This document shows positions 7,726 through 13,452 of a DNA stretch of 13,452 nt, piece by piece; positions within the stretch are counted from its first letter, which is position 1, and the number at the start of each line of letters is the position of its first letter. The translations under genes were made by a program, and so were the position numbers. Origin of the DNA: Opitutus sp. GAS368 (GTDB lineage: Bacteria > Verrucomicrobiota > Verrucomicrobiia > Opitutales > Opitutaceae); the NCBI GenBank assembly GCA_945861645.1, contig CAMAVZ010000043.1:1-13452 (forward strand), written 5' to 3'. The notes under the pieces are model-generated. The model worked only from the letters and a program-made list of their open reading frames with translations, searched no databases and had not been told where the DNA came from.

Positions 7726-10479
7726 TTAGAATTTATAGGTCACATCAAAATAATAGAAACGGCCGATCGGATCATAGGCATTGATGTCGTGGTTCTGATT
7801 TCCTTCCGAATTAATATATGGCGGATCTTCGTCGGAAATATTATTAACCCCCGCCCCCACGGTCATGCCCTTCAGCCAGCGATTATTTGAGCCCGAGAAG
7901 CGGTAACTCAAACGAGCATCATAGGTGGAATAAGCAGCTACCTCTGGTTCGCCAGTCCAGGCAACATCCTTCAAAGTAGGAATGTAGGTGTGATTGATAC
8001 CCGCGGACCAACTCTTGAAGGTCCAGCCCAACGAGGAATACAGCCGGTAACGAGCGTAAACGCTGCTGCCGCTGTACGATCCCCGATAGTCATAGGGCGT
8101 ATCAGTTGGCAGGCTCTGCACCACATACTCTTCCAAGTAAACGCCAGTAATGCGGCCACTTACCACGCCCCACTTCTTAGTATCATAGCTGTATGAAGCC
8201 TTAAAGTCAGCCCCTTGCTGCCAGACGCCAGCAATATTAACGAGTTTATTGGAAATCCAGACCTCATCCGAAGGCCGATTGCTCATCTGCCCGGGAGTAG
8301 AGACGGCCGTACCTGTGCCAAAATAGGTCTCCCCAGCAGCGCTCTGCCCAAAGCGCACGAGAGAGGCATAAGGGGAGGCGGCACCATATTGCTCAACATT
8401 ACTTACGATGAGCGAACTCGAGATTGAGGAAACGAGGTCGCGCTCATCAATCGAGAACCAATCTGCAGATAGCTCTAAGCCCTTGAGCTTACCCGATGGC
8501 GACCACACCATCCCCGCAGTCCAATTGCGTGATTGGGAAGGAATCAAACTGCCGTTGGAACCAGAGGATGAGCGGTACTGACGCGAACCCGTGGTTAGAT
8601 TGAGAGCCGTTCCAGCAGTATTGTAGCGGTTAATATTAATGCTGGAGGTGAAACCGGCAGAAACGGGGCCGAACAAATTGTACAGCGAGGGAGCGCTGAA
8701 AGACTCGGAGTAGGTTGCGCGGATCGCGAACTCATCATTGAAGGGAAGCCAGCGAATCGTGTATTTAGGCACGAACGGATCAGTCGTCTTGTTGTAGAGC
8801 TCTTTGCGCGCCGCCAACGATAAATCTAAAATATGTGCTCCTTTAATGGAATTCCCTTTATCGAAAATCGGAACGCGCATTTCCATGAAAAAGCCATCCG
8901 TTGTCGAGTCTGCGGCGAAAGGCTGACGAGGGGTCGCTTGGAGCCAACCACCAGTTTGGTCGTAGCGATCGTTCATAAAGGAGAGCGTCTCGCGCCGAGT
9001 ATCGGCACCGAAACCGATCGCCAGTGGCCCACCCGGTAATTGGTATAATTCGCCGGATACGCGGAAATCAAATCCGACGAGTTGGCTATTGTAATCACGA
9101 AATTGCGTTCCGATTAAGGCCTCCAGCACGCCGGGAGCTTGCACGCGAGCAAATGGATTATAAGTGAGATTGGCCGTTGCGGCGGTGTAGGCCGCGCCAT
9201 CAATCAGTCCGCCATTGCGAAATTTAGTGTCGGTATTGTTGAAGTTAGCCGCGGCCTCATAACGCCAGTTATCGCCCAAATTCCCCTTGACCCCAAAAAT
9301 GCCACGGGTGGCGTAATTATTCGCTAGATAGGTGCGTGGGAAATCCACGAAGCGATTCCGCGCGGTCACGGTGACGTTAAATGGATTTGTAGCCGTAGGA
9401 CCGGTGACCGCCCCAGAGACCGGTTGGGCATTAAGGACTGATCTTGATCCCGTGGTCGAGTAAATGAAATCACCGAATAGCGTCATACTGTCCGTCAAGC
9501 GATGGTCGATTGCGGCGACGACGCTGCGGCGTTGCGCCGCAATGAGCATCGTAGGCTTTGCCGCCAAATCGAAATACCCCGCCACTGCAGACTGGGTTAA
9601 GGGTCCAATGTAAGTCCCATTCGCCACCAATTGAGCCGCCGTTAAATCTGTATCGCGCGGCGGAGCCTTTAGTGCGGGGTTCAAATAATAAAAATCATTG
9701 CCGATATTGATAACCCCAGCAAAAGAGGGCGTGCGAAACTGGCCGAGCGCCCAAGGCCGTTCGAACTGAATAAGCGGATCGCTAATTTTGTACTCAGTGG
9801 AAATAGTGATATTGGTTTTTTCCGTACCCGCACCAAAAACCGCCGAATAGCTTTTCTCTCTATATTTACCTTGGGCGGTACTGAAACCGTAACGACCGCT
9901 TACTTCGGCCCCGCGATAGTTAGACTTAAGGATAACGTTAACTACCCCTGAGACCGCATCGGAACCATAAGTAGCCGAAGCGCCATCCGATAAAATTTCT
10001 ATCCGCTCCACCGCCGCCAGCGGGATCAAGCTGACATCCACGAAATTAGCGCCGCCGCTAGCCGTGACCGGAGATACTGCCGCACGGCGGCCATTGATCA
10101 GAACCAACGTGGCGCGATTGCGCAAGGACACGGCCGAACCACCGTTAGAGCTGCCTGAGCTGATATTACCGTTATCAGCGCCAATGTTATTGGCGCCGTA
10201 AAAATAAGGCGCAGTTTTCTTAAGGACAGCGAGCAGGTCCGTATTGACGCCCGACCTCGCAATGTCCATCGCACTGAGAATCGTAACAGGAATTGCGGGG
10301 GTATTGGCCGCAATCGGAATGAGCGAGCCAGTCACAATAAATTTCTCGAGTTTAATTGGCTCATCTTTCTTTCCGTCATCTTTAGCAGCGGCTGTTTGAG
10401 CCACGAGAGCGGAAACCATGCTGGCACTGGCAAGCAGCGCGAGCAGGGTCCGCAAATTCCATAAGGAGCGTACGTTCAT
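7726..10479 (-). CDS. TonB-dependent outer-membrane receptor, 917 aa
   Basis: Signal peptide ending LVA|Q, TonB box IKLEKFIVTGS, plug motifs TLVLINGRR and VERIEILSDGASATYGSDAVSGVVNVILK, and C-terminus GVNNISDEDPP...GRFYYFDVTYKF. Confidence 0.97.
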   Translation of the reverse strand: MNVRSLWNLRTLLALLASASMVSALVAQTAAAKDDGKKDEPIKLEKFIVTGSLIPIAANTPAIPVTILSAMDIARSGVNTDLLAVLKKTAPYFYGANNIGADNGNISSGSSNGGSAVSLRNRATLVLINGRRAAVSPVTASGGANFVDVSLIPLAAVERIEILSDGASATYGSDAVSGVVNVILKSNYRGAEVSGRYGFSTAQGKYREKSYSAVFGAGTEKTNITISTEYKISDPLIQFERPWALGQFRTPSFAGVINIGNDFYYLNPALKAPPRDTDLTAAQLVANGTYIGPLTQSAVAGYFDLAAKPTMLIAAQRRSVVAAIDHRLTDSMTLFGDFIYSTTGSRSVLNAQPVSGAVTGPTATNPFNVTVTARNRFVDFPRTYLANNYATRGIFGVKGNLGDNWRYEAAANFNNTDTKFRNGGLIDGAAYTAATANLTYNPFARVQAPGVLEALIGTQFRDYNSQLVGFDFRVSGELYQLPGGPLAIGFGADTRRETLSFMNDRYDQTGGWLQATPRQPFAADSTTDGFFMEMRVPIFDKGNSIKGAHILDLSLAARKELYNKTTDPFVPKYTIRWLPFNDEFAIRATYSESFSAPSLYNLFGPVSAGFTSSININRYNTAGTALNLTTGSRQYRSSSGSNGSLIPSQSRNWTAGMVWSPSGKLKGLELSADWFSIDERDLVSSISSSLIVSNVEQYGAASPYASLVRFGQSAAGETYFGTGTAVSTPGQMSNRPSDEVWISNKLVNIAGVWQQGADFKASYSYDTKKWGVVSGRITGVYLEEYVVQSLPTDTPYDYRGSYSGSSVYARYRLYSSLGWTFKSWSAGINHTYIPTLKDVAWTGEPEVAAYSTYDARLSYRFSGSNNRWLKGMTVGAGVNNISDEDPPYINSEGNQNHDINAYDPIGRFYYFDVTYKF

Positions 10480-10547
10480 AGTGTTTCTGGTTATACTACT
10501 GGTTGGTGTTAGGCATCTGCGGCAGAGCTGCCGCGCAACACATTGTG

Positions 10548-10588
10548 GTTACAGCGAAGTTAATTTCAAGTTACAGCCAAGTTAATTT
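10548..10588. repeat. Tandem 19-bp direct repeat (22-bp period) built from four 11-bp-phased GTTA cores; candidate transcription-factor binding array
   Basis: GTTACAGCGAAGTTAATTT (10548-10566) and GTTACAGCCAAGTTAATTT (10570-10588) are 18/19 identical. GTTA occurs at 10548, 10559, 10570 and 10581. Confidence 0.8.
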
Positions 10589-10659
10589 TTCTATTTATGA
10601 CAAGGCGGTTATTATTAATGTAATACAAGTAATTGATGATTAATAATCTAGAATACCAT

Positions 10660-10688
10660 AAAAAAGGCGGCCCGAATCGGGCCGCCTT
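10660..10688 (-). terminator. Rho-independent terminator after TonB-dependent receptor 10721->13452
   Basis: Inverted repeat AAGGCGGCCCGA-A-TCGGGCCGCCTT (10664-10688), followed on the minus strand by a U-tract (A6 at 10660-10665). It begins 32 nt past the stop codon. Confidence 0.9.
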
Positions 10689-10720
10689 GGAAGCTATTCA
10701 GCGTTAGCTGATGCTAGTGC

Positions 10721-13452
10721 TTAGAAGCGGTACTTGCCTTCGACGTAGATCAAACGGCCAACCGCGCCATAGGTGGCGATGTCGCCGTTCGTGCTGGTGT
10801 TGTAGTACTTCTCCATGGGCAGGCCCTCGTTAAGCACATTTTGAGCGCCCACGCGGAGGGTCAGACCCTTCAACCACTTGTATTCTGAGCCAAAGCTGTA
10901 GCGCGCAGAGATATCGAAGGAATTGTAGGTTTCGACATAGTTGTCTTCGGCCAAAGGAATAGCAGCCGCGGGCTCATCACCCCCGTCAATATAGGTCGAA
11001 GGGATCAACTGCCAGCCGAAGGTCGCACCCCACTTACCGCGGCTCCAAGCCACGCTGGTGTAGGTCATCCAAGTTGGCGTCGTGCCGTTACTACTGGTCT
11101 GACCGACGGTATCATAAGGGTCGCTGGTGGGCAAATCTTGGAACTCGTAGGTGTTGTACCAGCCGCCAGAAACTGAGGTATCGAAACGACCGAGCGAGTC
11201 GGAATTCCACGTATAAGCTATCTTGAGATCGACGCCGGAGAGATTGACCGCAGCGATATTGGTCAAGGTATCCGTTACGTAGATTTGATCAATGGCGACA
11301 TTACCGATTTGACCGGCAGCCGTAATCGGCGAGCCGTTGGTGAAGTTTGAGTTAACTCCTGAGGTCGCGCCGCGGCGAACATAACTTGCGTAAGGCGAGG
11401 CGGTACCAAGCAACTCCACGCTTTGCAGAATGGTGGTCGTCCCGATCGAGGAGATCAGGTCGGTCTGCTTGATATCAAAATAATCAGCCGTGACCGAGAA
11501 GCCCTTGATGGCCTTAGGCGAATAAACAAAGCCGAAGGTGTAGCTCTTCGCATTGCCCGGCAGAAGGTTGGGATTGGAGCCAGATTTGGCATTAGCCTGA
11601 CCCGAGATATTCGGGCCACCGCCAAAACGCTGCAGGTTGAGCGAGCCGGTATAACCGACACCACCAGGCCCGAAGAGGTTGAACAAAGAAGGAGCCGAGA
11701 AGGACTCGCCGTACGTCCCGCGGATGGCGAACTGGTCATCGAATGGCAACCAGCGAGCGGAGAATTTTGGCACCAGTGGATCGGAGGTGTTGCTGTAGAC
11801 CTCTTTTCGGGCGGCCGCCGTGAACTCTAGCAAATGCGCGAGCGCTTGATGATTTTCTGCCGAGAAAACCGGGAGGCGCACTTCGCCAAACGTCGACTTA
11901 ACATCGCGACCAGAATTGAAGGGATCGAGGGTCGTGGCCGAGTCCCACCCGAAAGTGGCGTCTTGGCTATTACGATCAGACGTCTGATTCAAAGTCTCAG
12001 TGCGGTATTCAGCGCCGACAGCAAAGCCGAGTTCGCCGCCGGGGAGATCCGCTAATTTACCGACCAAGCGCACGTCATAGGTGGTGAGGGTCGAGGTGGC
12101 GGTACCAAGCGCGGTGCCGAAAAGACCGGAAGCCGCGACGGCCCCAGCAGCTTGCTGGCGGGCGAAGTAATTAATCGAACCATTAGCGGTCACGACGCCA
12201 CGGGTAGCGGTATCAACAACGCCTTCGTTGCGATACTGCTGCGTGATGATATTTTTGTTGGCCGCCATTTCCCACTGCATGCCATCGCCAACTGAACCTT
12301 TCATGCCCATGACACCGCGAATGCTGTTGGTGTCATAGTAATATTGACGAGGATTCTGCAGGAAACGATTGCGGGCCGTCACCCGAACGTTGAAAGGATT
12401 ATACGGATAATCAGCCGCGGCGCTGTAAGAAGTAGGCTGGGCATTCAGCTGAGAGAACGAACTCGTCTGCGTGTATAACATGTCACCAAAGAACGTCACG
12501 GTATCGTTGATTTTATGGTCAAAATTCAGCGTCACGGCCTTGCGCTCGCTGCCGGTGACCAAGGTGGGGTATTGGGAGAGGTCGAAGGAGTACTTCGCAT
12601 CCGCCCCAGTCCCTGTAACCAGTTGGCTAGAGCTTTGGATCGGGATATAAATACCCGCAGCAACCAATTCCGCCGCCGAACGATGCTGGCCGATCGGAGG
12701 AGCATTCAGAGAGGGATTTAATACATAGAAGGCAGACCCGATGCTCACGATACCAGCAAAAGTGCCAGTGCCATAAATCGGGGAGCTGAAGCTGCGCTCA
12801 TACTGCTTCATTGGGTCCTGCATGAACCACTCAGCAGAGATGGTGATGCCGGTTTTGTCGGTGCCCGTGCCGCCAACGAGGGAGAACTTACGCTCAGCCC
12901 ACTTGCCCTTATTGTCAGAGAAACCATAATGGCCCGAGACCTCAAAGCCTTTATAGTCAGACTTCAGGATGATGTTTACTACGCCGGAGATAGCATCCGT
13001 GCCGTAAAGAGCCGAAGCGCCATCTTGCAAAATTTCGATCCGCTCGATCGCGCCAACCGGGAAAAGGTTAACGTCGACATATTGATAGCCGCCCGAGGAC
13101 AAAATCGGAGCATAAGCCACGCGCCGACCGTTCAGGAGAACAAGGGTCTGCGTGTTACGAAACATGACCATGGAACCGCCGCCGGTAGAACCGGAGGAGA
13201 TGTTGGCGTTGGTGGCGCCCAGGTTACCGTTGCCGGTAAACTGAGGAGCCGCCTTGCGGAGAATTTCCATGACGTTGGAGGCAACGCCGGTATTTTCGAT
13301 GGCCTTGGCATCAAGAATCGTCACGGGAATAGCCGTGGCAATGCCCGCCATTGGGATGTAGGATCCCGTAACCACAAACTTCTCAAGTTTGACGGTATCG
13401 TCGGTACTGGCTGCCGTCTTAGTGGCAGTCTGCGCAAAAGCGGCATTAGCCG
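10721..13452 (-). CDS. TonB-dependent outer-membrane receptor, 5'-partial (start lies beyond the window)
   Basis: The frame stays open past the ORF-track start at 13375 to the window edge, reading ANAAFA|QTATKTAASTDDTVKLEKFVVTGS (end of signal peptide and TonB box). Plug motifs TLVLLNGRR and IERIEILQDGASALYGTDAISGVVNIILK are present, and the C-terminus is GRLIYVEGKYRF. Confidence 0.97.
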   Translation of the reverse strand, partial: ANAAFAQTATKTAASTDDTVKLEKFVVTGSYIPMAGIATAIPVTILDAKAIENTGVASNVMEILRKAAPQFTGNGNLGATNANISSGSTGGGSMVMFRNTQTLVLLNGRRVAYAPILSSGGYQYVDVNLFPVGAIERIEILQDGASALYGTDAISGVVNIILKSDYKGFEVSGHYGFSDNKGKWAERKFSLVGGTGTDKTGITISAEWFMQDPMKQYERSFSSPIYGTGTFAGIVSIGSAFYVLNPSLNAPPIGQHRSAAELVAAGIYIPIQSSSQLVTGTGADAKYSFDLSQYPTLVTGSERKAVTLNFDHKINDTVTFFGDMLYTQTSSFSQLNAQPTSYSAAADYPYNPFNVRVTARNRFLQNPRQYYYDTNSIRGVMGMKGSVGDGMQWEMAANKNIITQQYRNEGVVDTATRGVVTANGSINYFARQQAAGAVAASGLFGTALGTATSTLTTYDVRLVGKLADLPGGELGFAVGAEYRTETLNQTSDRNSQDATFGWDSATTLDPFNSGRDVKSTFGEVRLPVFSAENHQALAHLLEFTAAARKEVYSNTSDPLVPKFSARWLPFDDQFAIRGTYGESFSAPSLFNLFGPGGVGYTGSLNLQRFGGGPNISGQANAKSGSNPNLLPGNAKSYTFGFVYSPKAIKGFSVTADYFDIKQTDLISSIGTTTILQSVELLGTASPYASYVRRGATSGVNSNFTNGSPITAAGQIGNVAIDQIYVTDTLTNIAAVNLSGVDLKIAYTWNSDSLGRFDTSVSGGWYNTYEFQDLPTSDPYDTVGQTSSNGTTPTWMTYTSVAWSRGKWGATFGWQLIPSTYIDGGDEPAAAIPLAEDNYVETYNSFDISARYSFGSEYKWLKGLTLRVGAQNVLNEGLPMEKYYNTSTNGDIATYGAVGRLIYVEGKYRF

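Noticed and set aside
10548..10588. Direct repeats as a mini-CRISPR or insertion target-site duplication
   Set aside because: The copies are separated by only 3 nt, and there are no spacers, cas genes or transposase.
10629..10647. Fur-box-like sequence GTAATTGATGATTAATAAT
   Set aside because: Only 11/19 matches to GATAATGATAATCATTATC by manual count, in very AT-rich DNA, which is not discriminating.
10480..10659. Cobalamin or TPP riboswitch upstream of the receptor
   Set aside because: The region is short and AT-rich and lacks the conserved B12-box or TPP core sequences.
5595..10720. Lasso-peptide/RiPP cluster (isopeptidase plus receptor)
   Set aside because: No precursor, B-protein or asparagine-synthetase-like cyclase in the window, and no suitable small ORF seen in the intergenic gaps.
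11423..13314. Small ORFs overlapping the second receptor (11423-11830, 11455-11739, 11834-12055, 12515-12721, 13132-13314)
   Set aside because: Shadow or alternative-frame ORFs within a strongly supported CDS.

Overview
Gene-dense bacterial chromosomal window. An Opitutaceae/Verrucomicrobiota origin is inferred from the (V/I)KLEKF(V/I)VTGS TonB boxes and the lack of Shine-Dalgarno motifs, but this is not verified. From left to right it holds: rpsI and rplM (minus strand), with a perfect TTGACA -35 upstream of rplM; a TIGR02001/TorF-like outer-membrane beta-barrel gene (minus); a divergent three-gene operon linked by ATGA overlaps (DUF423 membrane protein, HD-domain CCA-adding enzyme, signal-peptide-less GH20-like hexosaminidase); and a convergent module of a secreted S9 peptidase plus two tandem paralogous TonB-dependent receptors, each followed by an intrinsic terminator. 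The last receptor runs off the window edge. Four ORF-track starts need correcting (rplM 845, cca 2131, GH20 3555, beta-barrel about 1690-1705), and the last receptor starts beyond 13452. No tRNA, rRNA, CRISPR array or mobile element was seen. The most interesting items are a four-unit, 11-bp-phased direct-repeat array (Pho-box/OmpR-like) upstream of one receptor, the receptor-receptor-peptidase module, and the coupling of a cytoplasmic GH20-like enzyme to cca. None is established as a novel system from sequence alone.
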